A DNA stretch of 64,000 nt from NCBI RefSeq assembly GCF_037042905.1, contig NC_087245.1, positions 22,880,001 to 22,944,000 of the forward strand, written 5' to 3'. This stretch comes from Lytechinus pictus (taxonomy: Eukaryota). Below, in pieces: positions 1-12,816 of the stretch (positions are counted from its first letter, which is position 1; each line of letters opens with the position of its first letter). The notes under the pieces were generated by a model, which saw only the letters and a program-made list of their open reading frames with translations, was not told where the DNA came from and made no database searches. The translations under genes were made by a program, and so were the position numbers.

Positions 1-3000
1 AGGACCAGTGGAAAAGAATGAGGCTCAATGCCAAGAAAGAACATTCCAATTTCAGTAAGGAATCAAGAAAGACTGGCGGAGGTCCACCTCCACCTGAGCC
101 CAGTCACTTCAGCATGATTGTGAAGGAGCTATGCCCAATGGATTTTCAGCAATTCAGAAATCCATTTGACGATGACAACGAAATCGCAGCCGAATACTTG
201 GCATTTGGATCGCTCAGTTCCATGGCAACAGGTCGTGCCACTGAGTAAGTCCATTTTATGGTTAAAATCAACATTTTCTAGGAATACATGTATAATCAGC
301 TCAAACAAAATGAATATTTTATAAATATGAAATGCTATTTGTAATTTTCAAACGACAAGATTGGGTAAAATTAAACTTCAAACTTTGGGCAAATCACGAT
401 CGTCTGCTCATCCTCACTCGTCCGAGTTCAGTCCCATCCATTGCAATCCATGTTATGAATTTTAAGACCAACGCTAGCGAACGAGCTGGCCGCCCGGAAC
501 TTGGGGATGCCACCGACTCAGCTTGTCGAACGTAGACGATCACCGCCAAATGAGGGTTTTTAGTCCCGGGTTCGGTAATCTAATCAATTGGCAAATTTCC
601 TTACAATATCATAGAATTTCATTTTAGTTGCTAGTATGAAGAATATTCTCAATTAACTACTTACATTGGCAGTGTAGAATGTCGCTCTTGTAAAATATGA
701 AGCCTACATTATTTAAAGTAAATTAGCAGCCAGTCGGCCAAAGGCAAAGCCAAGGCAAAGTTTTAAATCCAAGTTCAACAATTAATTTGCATACATATCC
801 ATTGCGCAGAATCCAAACGTTGTGTTCGGATCAGAGCGTCATGTTTGTTATAAACTTGAAGTAAAATGAGAAAATCAAAAGTAGATATGAACTTATCACG
901 AAAGCCTATTATACCGGGCTATTATAATGTCCATCAAAATTAAGAGAGAGAACGAGAGAGAGAGTAAAAATAACCAAAAAGGAAAAAACACTACCTAAGT
1001 CTTAATGAAAGTTATTAACGTCAATTCAACTCCATGGCATTACTGAAAATAAATCAGGAGGAACGTCTGAACATTACCCATTGTTGAGAGGCTGAAGTGA
1101 TGAAAGGTAATATGAATCATCAATAATTTCCTGGGGGGGGGGGGATCAACGTTGGTAAACGGTGACCGAGTAAAAGTGATTTCATATCCTTAGCTGATTA
1201 TGATTCAAGTGTGTACTTTTAAAACGAATTTATTATAAGTGTTTAAATGCTCACTCTTTTTAATTCCCCCTAAAACAGCTTCATGAATTTTATTCCATGG
1301 AAGGAAAAAAAGAGATCAATTATTTGAATTTATTCCCAGTAGCTTATGTAGACTTTTGGGGGGGGGGGGGGGATTTTGAAATGTTTAATTTTCAAAGGAA
1401 AATAGGGTACATCCTGTGGGTGAAATTGAACCCCTGAAATGGAAGGACCCCAAAAAATATTTGAAAGGATTTTTTTCCCAGCTCGAACATAAAAAAAATT
1501 GGCGAGGGGGGTGGACTTTGAAATATTTAGTTTTCAAAGGAAATGGGGTACGTCCTGTGAGGAAATTGAACCCCCTGAATTTTGCGGAAGGACCCAACAA
1601 AATATTACAAAGAAGGATTTTTTCCCAGCTCGAGTATAAAAAAAAATTGCGAGGGGGGGTGGTCTTTGGGGGATTTTGAAATGTTTAATTTTCAAAGGAA
1701 AATGGGGTATGTCCTGTGGGTGAAATTGAACCCCCTGAAATTTTGCGGAAGGACCCCAAAAATATTACAAAGAAGGATTTTGTCCCAGCTCGAAAATAAA
1801 AAAAAAATTGCATAGGGCTACAGGCCTGGATGTATTTAATTAATATTTTAGATATATATAAATATTGATACAATTTTGAAATGTGTAGGTGTTCCATTGG
1901 TTAATTGCATTCAATGCGATCACAAATATACGCAGAAATTAATCCCGGTGACAAGACACTGTTACATACAATTTTTCGTAAAAAACTACTTGTATGCAAG
2001 GGAGCGTATCGAGCAAGCTTTTGCATTTTCGAAAGCAAGGATTTTGTGCAAATTTTTATTGAATTTTGTCAAAATTCTTAGTAAAACTTTACCCCGTTTT
2101 CAAAAGGGAGGGGGTGACTGTCCCCGCTGCCACTGGCGTAAATCCGTGTTGATGGGTGGGGGGGATGACTGAAATATTTTGGCATTTTTTTGCAATCATG
2201 TTTTTAGATATGCAAGGAATTGTCATTGATATGTCCACAGTGGCGTACCGTGGGTCACGGCATTGGGGGGGGGGGGGGGCACCAGCAAAATTTTTGAATG
2301 ACTGAGTGAGTGACCTAATAGAGACATTTTAAGGACATTGTCATTAAACGGATATGTATCTCACTCATCAAATAATGCGAGCGCGAAGCGCGAGCTGAAA
2401 TTTTTTTATATTCACACCTAAAAAGGGACATTATAATCAAATTTGTGTAATCATGATAGGTACCTGTCTCGCTTAACAATGCGAGTGCGAAGCGCGAGCT
2501 GAAAATTTTTGATATTCAGATCAGAAGAAGGGACATTTTAAGGACTGATTTTAGGAATTCATGAAGAGTAGACATATCTCACCAATCCATGAAAAATGCG
2601 AACGTAATCACGGACAGGAAATGTTTCATATATACGAAGACCTTAACATGGGGCAATCACTTTTGAGTCATGAAAAAAAAGCATATGTCACTACATAAAA
2701 CAATGATAACTCAAGTGCTAGGAAATATATTTGGTTTATATTGACTTGAAAACGGGATGTTTTGGTACAACAGGATTATATATCTCGTTAAAAAGACAAT
2801 GCGAGCACCAGGAACAATTGAGACGTAGGCCCTGGGCAAATTATGTTTCATAAAGTTATGATAAAAATGTTTCTTATGTAATGTAACTTAACATAATTAT
2901 AATATAATATAACATTATAATGAATAATATTTTCTTCTTTCCCACTACGTTTCTCTTCCTTTCTCCCTCTTTTCTCATTTTCCCCCTTTCCCCGTTTTTT

Positions 3001-6000
3001 TTTTTGGTCAGCCGATGGGGGGGATGTGCCCCCCATGTCCCCCGTAGTTACGCCACTGTATGTCCATATGGCAAATACCCCTCCAATATTATTATCTTTT
3101 TTACCCCATGATGGTTTAATGGTTTATTAGAGATTACATTAAAAAAAAATTGACATTCCATCTTAATCCCTTCCCAAAGACCCCAACATTGATGAATTTG
3201 AGGTATTTCGTTTGGAAATGGTGAACTGGCTCTTTATTTGCATTTTATTATTCAATAATATTATTTTATTTGTTAAGCGGTATTTTTGGAAGAATTTTCA
3301 CCAATAAAACAATTATCTTTTGTGATTTTTTTTCATTTCTTTCGTAAAAAGTGGGGGGGATGTTTGTACAGGCCATCCCCCCCTCCTCGAAAAGTGGGGG
3401 GATATATCCCCCCCATCCCCCCCGGGATTTACGCCAGTGCCCGCTGCATATGGCCATGATTGCGATTTAAGTGGATTTTTTTTGCAAGAGATAGTCATTT
3501 AAATTCTCATATTCACGCATAAAAAAACGTTAGATACCAATTATCAGTGGTCCAATATTTGATTTTGGAGATTATCTACTAATATTTTTATGCTTTGACA
3601 ATCCTAAAAAAATTAAAAGGCCACCCCCCATCTCAAATGAAAAAAGTATATTAATAAAGGTTATTAAAAGCATGAATGAAATGAAATAAATATTTTTAAA
3701 TGTACAAGTTTTTATCAAGGGCAGCATCAATTTATTTTTATACATTTTAAATTAAAGCGGATCGGCCCTGTGGCAATGTAGCTACATGTATATGACTTTT
3801 GATGGGAAATATCATAAAAAAATAATAATGCAATGGATACTAACGTATATCTTTCTTTTTCCCCCATAAATAGTATCGAGGATCAATTCCAAAGACCTCA
3901 GTTGGATTCTGACACTGTGGAGCACACCAGGTAATTTTATCTTTATATTTTTCTTTAAAATCTTTGAAGGGCACATGAAAAAAAGGGAACTCACCAAGAA
4001 GAGGTGTATTTGTCAATACCAGTACCATTTTTGTACACCACTCCTAAAAAGAATTGAAAAATTATTGAAATAAATATAACACATACACACTCTCACACAA
4101 CACTGTACACACTTGCAAATGAAAGAATAATATAATTCATATATACATAAACATAAAATGATAAGTACTAATAACAAGTGAACCCAATTTCTTGTTGTAT
4201 CATTTTTTAGAATCTCTAAATTTATCACTTTTCCAAATGCATTTCATTTATATTGAACGATTAATAGGGAAGGTGGGAACTGGGAAATCAAAGAAAATGA
4301 AATATTTATTCTTACCAAAGTCAGTTTCATGTCAGGTATAAGGTCAAACTTCAAAGTACAATTATAAATATTGTGAAGAAAATTTGGCAATCTACAATTT
4401 TCATTCAGAATTTTTCTCTCAGCTGATGTTTAGAATTTTTTCTCTTTATACTCGGCACAACATCTAACAAAACATCTTCAACAAGAATATTCCTTGAACA
4501 AAGGTATTGAAGCATTCATTTCATGTTTATTCAATGGGAAACTGAAATACATGTGCACATTGACAACATTATATTAATATGAATTCATTTATTTTCTAAT
4601 TGCAACAGATTGTTGGCAATCCTTGCAAGTAAATTCAATTTCTGAGATGAATTATTCCTTTAATTTGAAATAAATACATTCATGCATAAATAAATTTTCA
4701 TGTGACTATTAAAGAAAACATTACATTTCATTGACATTTTCTTTCTCCCCAAATAGAGCAATTTCACCATCAGAAGCAGAATCTCATGATTCAACCCTAG
4801 ACCCAAGTGTTTCTACAATCATCAATATCCCAATTTCAAGGTACGCCTATTTATGAATTCTCAATATTTATCTTTATGTATGAAGATTTAAAAGTAAAAA
4901 AAACATGCAAACTTCTCCAACTGAATAGTTGGATCATCAATTTCAATAATTTTGATGCACATACATATTTTTTTTAAATCAGGAAATATTTGCATAAATA
5001 AATGATACCTACATTATTATTTTGATAGAATGGTGTGCGACAGCTTTTATTTTTAGAGTAAAATTACTCTATAATGAAATCTTTTCATTTAAAAAAATTG
5101 AAATTAATAGGACACCTTCATCAGGCTCAACTTCTCAAGGAAGTCAGATCGGAAATGGTGTGACGCAACTCACGCAAGGCCCTCTTTCAAGGTATTTTAA
5201 ATCACTAACACTGAGATTTCTCAAACTGTTGCTCTGATAAAGAAATGAACAAACATATTACTTTCATAGAATTATTTTTTTTCAGCAGGGTCATCACTTT
5301 CAATGACCAATTTCATGTACATGTTGCATATAAATTAGTATGTAGAATATAGTAGATTTTAACAATATTCAGTGATTCTGATATATGAATTAGGAACACT
5401 GACTGTATCTACAGTCATCAATTTACCCATTTCAAGGTATTCATGAATTCTCAATATTTATCTTTATGTATGAAAATTTAGAAGTGAAAAAAACACATGT
5501 TAACTGCTCCAACTGAATAGTTGGATCATCATTTTCAATAATATTTATGCAGGTGCACATACATACTTTCTCATGAAATATTTGAATAAATAGCAGATAC
5601 TTAAATACAATTTTGATAAAACGATGTGCAAGAGCTTTTATTTGCAGAGTCAAATTATTCTATAATGAAATATATTTCATTCCAAAACTTAAAATTAATA
5701 GGACTTCTTCATCATGCTCAACTTCACAAGGAAGTCAGATCAGATCTGGTGTGACGCAAATCACGCAAGGCCCCCTTTCAAGGTATTTTAAATCACTAAC
5801 ACTAAGATTTCTCAAACTGTTGCTCTGGTAAAGAAATGAATAAACATATTACTGTCATAGAATTAACTTTTTTCAGCAGGGTCATCATTTTCAATACACC
5901 AATTTCATGTACATATTGCATATAAATTAGTATGTATAATACAGTAGACTTTAACAATATTCTTCCAGTTCAACATATGATTCTGAAATATTAAGTCAAA

Positions 6001-6407
6001 TAAAATTCATTCAAGTTCATATATACATTTCATGTATATACATGTATACATATATACATACATTTCATTCCTTTTACAGCCAAAGATGATGTTTTTCTTT
6101 TAGTAAACAAGAGGTACATTTCTTAATATGCATTTTGATGTTCTCTCCTAGTCATGAAGAAAGAACTCCAAAGCCGCAGTCTCGCGGATTAAAGAGGGGA
6201 TGTACAAGTAATTCCCACCACAACACCGGGCCCAAAACGTCAACCAGCTCAAGTGAAGAAAGACTTGTTGAATTGGCGGAAGAAGAACACCAAATACGCC
6301 TTGAATACATGAGAATCGAGCATGAATTTAACATGGAAATCCTCAAAGTCAAGAAGAAAACAGAAGAAGCTAAGCTCAAGGCAGCTCTTTCTTCCTGTGA
6401 GGATTAA
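1..6407 (+). CDS. Harbinger Myb/SANT-like DNA-binding protein (MSANTD/NAIF1-like), 5'-partial; exons <1-244, 4757-4840, 5111-5191, 5702-5782, 6152-6407
   Basis: DQWKRMRLNAKKEHSNFSKESRKTGGGPPP matches the end of a Myb/SANT-like domain plus KTGGG motif. All introns are GT-AG and phase 2 and join in frame. Ser/Thr-rich linker exons, C-terminal coiled coil (EEEHQIRLEYMRIEHEFNMEILKVKKK), AATAAA at ~6856 and ~6897. Confidence 0.8.
1368..1810. repeat. Tandem repeat, three copies of a ~140-160 bp unit
   Basis: TTTGAAAT..TTTTCAAAGGAAA..GAAATTGAACCCC..GAAGGACCC..CCCAGCTCGA recurs from ~1371, ~1512 and ~1671. Confidence 0.9.
2131..3439. mobile_element. hAT-like MITE (outer)
   Basis: TIR CACTGGCGTAAATCC; perfect 8-bp TSD CCCGCTGC at 2123-2130 and 3440-3447. 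Confidence 0.85.
2238..3058. mobile_element. hAT-like MITE nested in 2131-3439
   Basis: TIR CAGTGGCGTA; perfect 8-bp TSD TATGTCCA at 2230-2237 and 3059-3066. Confidence 0.85.
4810..5960 (+). repeat. Tandem duplication (~590-bp period) of an exon-intron unit in the Myb-like gene
   Basis: 4810-5390 aligns with 5405-5960; the duplicated 81-nt exons start at 5111 and 5702. Confidence 0.9.
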
Positions 6408-7043
6408 ATCCTCCTTACTGCCTTATTTCATCTCTGATTTTGATGAACTTTGAAGTGTTTTCATTCGTTTATGTTTCTTCATATTTCTTCAGAACATTTA
6501 GTTTACTAGGTGGACTTGTCCCTTACATTGGCATTAATTACAAATTCCATATATCCTTCTTATTTCACTTTGATGTTGGTACATTTAATTACTTCAGATC
6601 TCAACCTGTAAGAGGTAGTTCTGCCCTTTGACACGAATGGCAGTAACTGTAACAGTATCTTTTAATGCTCCTTATCTTGTCTTTTAGAAAGTTCAAGTAT
6701 TTTAGATACAAGTTCTTTCATCATAATTTTCATTAACAAAAATTCTTTATCAGAGAGCATGTTCCAATCACCCATGCCATCTCTTGTAAAAAGACATATA
6801 TTTTTATGAGTACATATATATATATATAAATATATTTATTAGACCACCAATGTCAATAAAGTTGAAGAAATATCTATTATGCAGAAGATAAACGTCAATA
6901 AAGTGGAATTCAGACACTGTTAATGATCTTGTTGCTCTCAATTTATTTCTTTGCCATTGTGTCTATGTACCTTCTGCACATGAACGTTCAATAATTTTAT
7001 ATTTCCTAACTCCTAAGACTAGACTAAAAGTTCCATATCACAG

Positions 7044-8192
7044 GAGAAAAATGCAAGAACTGATGGCTTCCACAATTATTATTACTTTGAATTGTACGAT
7101 GAAGAAGTGACAGTAAATTACATCATCAACATGCTTGAAGATATTTTTGAGAGGAACACACAAAAAATATACTACAGGTAATGACAGCTCTACGATTGAC
7201 ACTATGATGAGGCATCAATATCACAGCTATAAGAGTAATAAAAAACGGTAGAAAACTAATGCAAGGAGGATGAAACAATCCTGACGTTTCAAACATTGAA
7301 AGAAGAAATTAATACAGGTCAACAGACAATTTTACAAGTACTGCAGCTAACCAGGCATACAAGGTGCATTGATGAGATATGTGTACATACAGAATCATGG
7401 TAGGAATAGCCAAATAACTTCTTGACAAGAACAACAGGATACCGCTCTTTGTGTAGGATGTTTGTTTCCCAGTGTAGCATACAACTGTATTTGCATTCTG
7501 AATTACATTCCAAATAGGAAAATGTCAAAACTAGAATGCCCTCCATATTAATCAAAATATATTCATTATTCTGATTATGTATTATATATTCTTTTCCAGC
7601 TTTCACTTTTTTTATTCCTTGTCTTGTGAACTAGCCATTATATAATAAATATACAAATTACCCATCATGCAGAGGGGGAAAAAATCAATATTTTTGCAGG
7701 GCTACTTTGGGGACAAGCCAGAATGTTAACTTTTGTATTACATGTACAGTTAACAATGGACCCTATGATATTTTTCGGGGGCTTTTCTTGTTTAGTTTAA
7801 CAGTGCTTTTTTTGCAGTTAATTAAGGGGCATATTCATCCGTAGCCCTTGTGTATTCTTTTCCCTGCTTACATCCTGATATTCTGTAATCCAAGCAGTTA
7901 AATTTCTCACCCATAAACATAGATTATTAGTTATCAAGGAAAAGGGGATGGGCATATAACCTTTTAAATATATTAATGCTTCTGGTAATAACTTTTCATG
8001 ATGGAGGCACCCTCCCCCCTCAAACAAAGGCCCAAACTTTCGGAATGTAATTCAGATGTAAATGTAGCTGCATGAAAACCTTGCTTGCTGGAAAAATAAC
8101 AAGTACCTTGGCAGCTTCATGATTTCCAAATATCCTCTGCAGCTACTGAATGAACGGTTGGAGGCAGAGCAGATAGTCCCGAGTGGCTACTT
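7044..8192 (+). pseudogene. Inverted, decayed copy of Harbinger transposase exons 2, 3 and 4
   Basis: Plus-strand fragments FELYDEE, YIINMLEDIFERNT, LQVMTALR, DEASISQ, RVIK, ARRMKQ, YCS*PGIQGA (7086-7440) and LAGKITS, HD, ERLEA, ADSPEWLL (8084-8192) are collinear with the minus-strand transposase. Many indels and stops. Confidence 0.85.
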
Positions 8193-8413
8193 TACTTTAA
8201 TGTAAGGCATGTCTGTGATATTTTCTTTGTGTTAATTCTGATGACAAAAAAAAAAAAAAAGAATTTGCACAAATGTGGGAGTGTTTTAATGTACCAAATT
8301 AAGCAATATTTAATAAGGAAAAAGCCTGAAATTTGCACTATAGAATTCAGGATAGTTAAGTTTCAGATTTCAAACATTTTCGTTCGGATCAAATTCACTG
8401 CCCTTCCCATGAT

Positions 8414-8746
8414 AAGTCGAACGCCTCTGGCAGTCTCGCCTGCATTACGCGAATCAATATAGCAGCAGTGATGACTTAGAAAACTATTAAATATACTCAC
8501 AATAGAAAACATGATCATTGACCCAAAATGACCTTTTTTTTACCTTGATCATATGACCTAAGACTTGTGCATAACAATAAGTGATCTTTGATTCCTCTCA
8601 TGTCTGTTTCATGAACTACATCCAAAAACTTTCATAGTTATGACATTACCAAAAATTAACCTCGGTTAAGATTTCATTGTTGACGCCGCCGTTGTCAGAA
8701 AAGCAGCGCTTTTAGTCCCGCTGTGCTACGCAGGTGAGACAAAAAT
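8414..8746. mobile_element. Non-autonomous Helentron/DINE-like (HINE-type) repeat; 5' part recurs at ~20658-20790
   Basis: Subterminal inverted pair GTCTCGCCTGC / GCAGGTGAGAC with an A-rich end; second copy begins AACAAGTGGAACGCCTCTGGCAGTCTCGCC. The class is inferred from structure only. Confidence 0.55.
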
Positions 8747-8781
8747 TACCTTCTATATGTATATACATACACAGACATGCC

Positions 8782-11700
8782 TTAACGATTAAAGTGATCC
8801 TCAATTATCTGCTCTCTCCTGAGCCTTCCTACGACAACGTCGTGGAGGCCAGGAGGAAGGTGGACAAGTGGAGGCATTTCCTCAGGCTCAGGTCCTGGAA
8901 TATCTGGCTCGCGCCGGTCAAGAGAGATATTCCACAGGACCGAGCAAGACACTATGATTGCAAATGTAGTGTCCACCTTCACGCGGAGATAATTGAGGCA
9001 AGGGAACCTCCTCTTCAAACGACCAAAGGTCCGCTCAATAATACAACGCCCTCTTTTGTGGGCAGCATTATAGCGTACCTGTGGCCGTCCCTGAGGATTC
9101 AGGAGAGGGGTCATGAGATAGGGAAGACATGGGTACCTGAAATGGAAATGGAAAAAAATACATGTAAGTCTCTTACTATTAAATTTATGTAGGGAATTGG
9201 ACGCACTAATTAATAATTTCCTAAGCGATTTATTTCAAAGCAATACAGTAGAAATTTGAAAAATTATGATCCATTTCTTATTCTTGCCACAGCCGTTTGC
9301 ACAAATACAAAGTAATAAGAGAACCAAATCTGAAGTTGAAACTTTATAAATTCAATCCAAAATGGACAAATTAATTCTACTTTATACTAATGAATTAATG
9401 ATAAAATTATTGTACTTTCTAAGTAAACCATATTAATATCTCACCCCCCTCCCCTTCCATCAAAGAAATCTATGCTGATGAAGTGGGTTCTTTTATTTTG
9501 TGAAATAATGGATCCCTCTTTTGTTTTCATTAAGAAAAAATAAAATGTAATTATTGAATTTGAATTACAAGAATAATAAATTGGGGGTGCCACATTTTGG
9601 GTGCATGTGACATCTCAATAATAAAGTTTAATTAATTCAGATTATCCTTTAATAGTCATTATAACAATTTAACTAGATATTTTGGTGTAGGTTCCTTTAA
9701 GAAAGGGATACACTTAATGACCAATGTACATACCCACTATCTCCAAGAAGCCACTCAGCACCATCTGCCCTTGCCTCCAGCTGTTCCTTCAGTGAGCTCT
9801 CATTGAAAATCCGGGAATCATGGGTGCTGCCAGGCCACCTTGCCACAATACTTGTTATTTTCCCAGCAAGATCACAAACTACCTATTAAATTTGAAAAAG
9901 TAGACATACATGAATCACACATTTACATGTACATTGCATTTCAAGCTTGGCAGGTAATTTAACTGCACTTACTTTCCTGATTATTGCAACATTCTTCCAA
10001 ATGTGTTATTTGACTCAACTGCCTGCAGTTAGTGCAGCAATCTCCCAACATATGAATTTGAATGACCCTTGGCAAATTATATTCAGTCTCCTTGCACTTA
10101 TATTCATTAATTGATATGTAAAATCTTAACATAGAACAAACATTTAAATTACCCTTTCATAATAATTGATAATGCAAGAAGTTAATAGTTTAATAAATTC
10201 CATTTTTGTATATCCTAGTTGCAATATGCAAATGAAGGGTATGGATAGATGACATTTATAATTATCTATATAAGAATTGCAGTCTTGTGTTGATGCATGT
10301 ATATGGCCTAAATCAGGGATTCTCAAATGGTGGCACGCACGCCACTTGTGGCGCCCAGAGCCTTGCGGAGTGGCGCGTGGGAGCCAGTACAAAAAAAAAA
10401 GAAAATAAAAGTTCGATCTACTATTAACCTGGAATTGAGGTTTAATAATTTTATAACAAAGGGAATACAAAAACTTGACTGTATTTGAAATTTAAATGCG
10501 TATTAATTTCCTTGGATTTTGTGTAATCTAGCATTCGATATCCCTATTATGGAAGATCAATCGGATGGTGTTCTTTTTTTATATTCATTTTATTTTTGAT
10601 GTATTCACTTAAATTTTGTAGTATGTTGGCATTTTTATATCTTCTGTTAATTTAGAACCCTTCTTAGCCATTATTGAAGGCTTCATATTTTAAGCACTTC
10701 AGGTAGCTCTGCATCCTCGTCCCCCTCCCACCACCACAATATTTAGCTCATTCACGTGTTGGACAGTGGAGCAGTCCAGATTTTCGGAGCTTCAAAAAAA
10801 GTAATCGTGCACAGCTGGCCAAAATAATATCACATTATTCATATTCACATAATTCCATAACTATTTGGTTGAAAATTAATTTGATTTTCCCAATTTCGGA
10901 TGGGAATTAAAAATTACAAATTTACTTACCTGAACATTGACCGAATATCTGTTCTTCCTGTTCAAGAAGTACATGGCTTGTTCGCCACCAGGACTCTGGA
11001 TGTAGACATGAGTCCCATCAATTGCACCAATGACCCCTGGAAATCTGCAGTAGTCGTAAAATTGCTGCTGGGTCGTTTCAACTTCTTCTCTCGTTGCAGG
11101 AAAGGTCATGAATTGCCTCTTCCTCCTTGCAATAGCTTCAGACACATCTTTGATCACTCTACTGACAGATGACTGTGATACTGTTGCCTCATCACCATGC
11201 ATCCTCTGGAAAGATCCTATGTTAGAAAGAAAAATGAGATCAAATCGACATTCATAAAACAAACTAAATGAAACTACTCTAGAAATAGTTAATGTCAACA
11301 GCAATAATAATAATACTAATCCTTATATTGACTTTAAGCTTAATCACAGTTTGAGCAATTGAATAGCCCTATTTAAAAGTTATTTAAAATCTGAGAACTA
11401 AATAGCACAAAAGAATAGATTGAGGGATCGAAATTCAATTAAGGACATTCATCACTTAAAGTGAAGCCCATGTCATTACGACCAAACTTCACATATTTAC
11501 CTTAATTAAATATAATTACAAGATAAGTGTAAGCCTCTGTAAAGCCTCATGATTTCACATCTGGTCAGAATGCACTTTCTGTCAATTTCAAATCAATGGA
11601 AGATTTATTAGCATTTAAAATATACATAGCAAAGCAATCTTTATTTGCTCAGAAAAGATACATTTTTTGGTGCTATTAATATTAAGGGTACATCAATTAC

Positions 11701-12697
11701 TCACCAACGGCATAAAATCGTAGAACTGTCAAAACCTGTAGACTGACTGGTAGAGGATTGTTCCTCTCCGTGTTCCTCGTCAAGTCTGCTTCAAGCATGT
11801 CGATGATGTAGATGACGCTCTCCTTGGAAAAACGATATCGTATCCGGAATGCTTCTTCATCGTACAATTCAAAAGGGTCCTTCAGGTCCCGGGGACCTCT
11901 TTGTGGCCTCCCTTCTGGATTCTGTGTACATATAGGGGACAGTTGCATGTTTTAGCAATATCTTTAAATTTGTTCAAATAATGTAAATATATGAGTTCAT
12001 AGATCTAGTTTGCCAATGAATTCCAAACTTGGACCAGAATAGATCACTCAGGGTATCGGGAGTCTTAAAGAAAATTACTTGCAGGTGAGACAAAAACAAA
12101 ATAGTGAGTGAGGGACATCTCGACTGTCTCATGTCACTGAGTTGTGCATATCACTATTTGTGAAAAATAAGCGAAACTTTAAAAGGACATACTGTAGCTT
12201 ACTTAATCTTATTTTACATCCAATTTTGATGAATTTTAAGCATTATGCTAATTTGATTTTTCTCCATTTATTCAAATCAACATTTTTCTGGGGTGGACTT
12301 GACCTTTATTTAATGTTCATTTATAAAAAAATAATAATTGTCTCCACATCTTTTCATTGCAACCAAGGGATGCAATGGTTTGATAGGATCAGGATTGTTA
12401 ACACTAACTGCCCTTCACATGGTTAAAAAATCGTAATTTGAATTATTCCAGTGAAAAACAAGGCTAATGACGAATATTTAGCACGTGTGAAACCAAACTA
12501 GAACATGATTAGAATCATGAACGCTAATAACAATTACAATAGCAATCATTACAATGAATCAAGATTCACATGTGAAAAGGCCCTTGGTAGTACAGAACAC
12601 AAATCTAATTTGACCAATGAAATAAAACCTCTTTTGACTTGTATATTCATACCTCTCTCAATCTTCGGATACGACGAACGTGATGAAGATAGGCCAT
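8782..12697 (-). CDS. HARBI1-like: Harbinger (HARBI1-like) DDE transposase, apparently intact, 350 aa; exons 12697-12653, 11921-11705, 11216-10930, 9882-9734, 9136-8782
   Basis: Exons join in frame (phases 0,1,0,2; 1053 nt including stop). Motifs RYRFSKE, LRFYAVGSFQ, GAIDGTH, NRKNRYSVNVQVVCD, WPGSTHDSRIF, LLGDSGYP, RYNAAHKRGRCIIERTFGRLKRRFPCL; D-D-E triad present. Confidence 0.92.
10314..10817. mobile_element. Degenerate hAT (Charlie-like) MITE in transposase intron
   Basis: Starts CAGGGATTCTCAAA and ends GCACAGCTG; flanks GCCTAAAT / GCCAAAAT form an 8-bp TSD with one mismatch. Confidence 0.5.
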
Positions 12698-12816
12698 ATT
12701 TACGATGTTTGCAACTCTGTGACACAATAGAAAATTGATACTGTATTAATTCATGCAAGACGATAGGCATAAATAAAAACAATTTATATAAAGCATCTCA
12801 TCATTCATGCAAAAAA

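Noticed and set aside
467..575. GC-rich stretch as an additional Myb exon
   Set aside because: No donor gives a frame-preserving phase-2 exon.
1368..1810. Tandem units as a CRISPR array or coding repeats
   Set aside because: Whole ~150-bp units repeat with no unique spacers, the context is a eukaryotic intron, and the ORFs are by-products.
5394..5436. Extra Myb-gene exon in the duplicated unit
   Set aside because: Available acceptors give 43 or 64 nt, which break the frame; treated as decayed.
6960..6995. Possible remnant of transposase exon 1 (ATTGTGTC..ATG TAC CTT CTG CAC)
   Set aside because: Similarity is too short to support.
7044..7440. Inverted transposase copy as a processed retrocopy
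   Set aside because: The exon 2/3 junction itself is deleted, an acceptor-like CAG precedes exon 2, and ~640 bp still separates the exon 3- and exon 4-like blocks, which favours a DNA-level copy.
8734..9192. 152-aa plus-strand ORF
   Set aside because: Antisense shadow of transposase exon 5.
8782..12697. Calling the gene the domesticated HARBI1 orthologue
   Set aside because: The adjacent TIR, subterminal repeats, linked Myb partner and a related neighbouring element indicate a transposon rather than the host gene.
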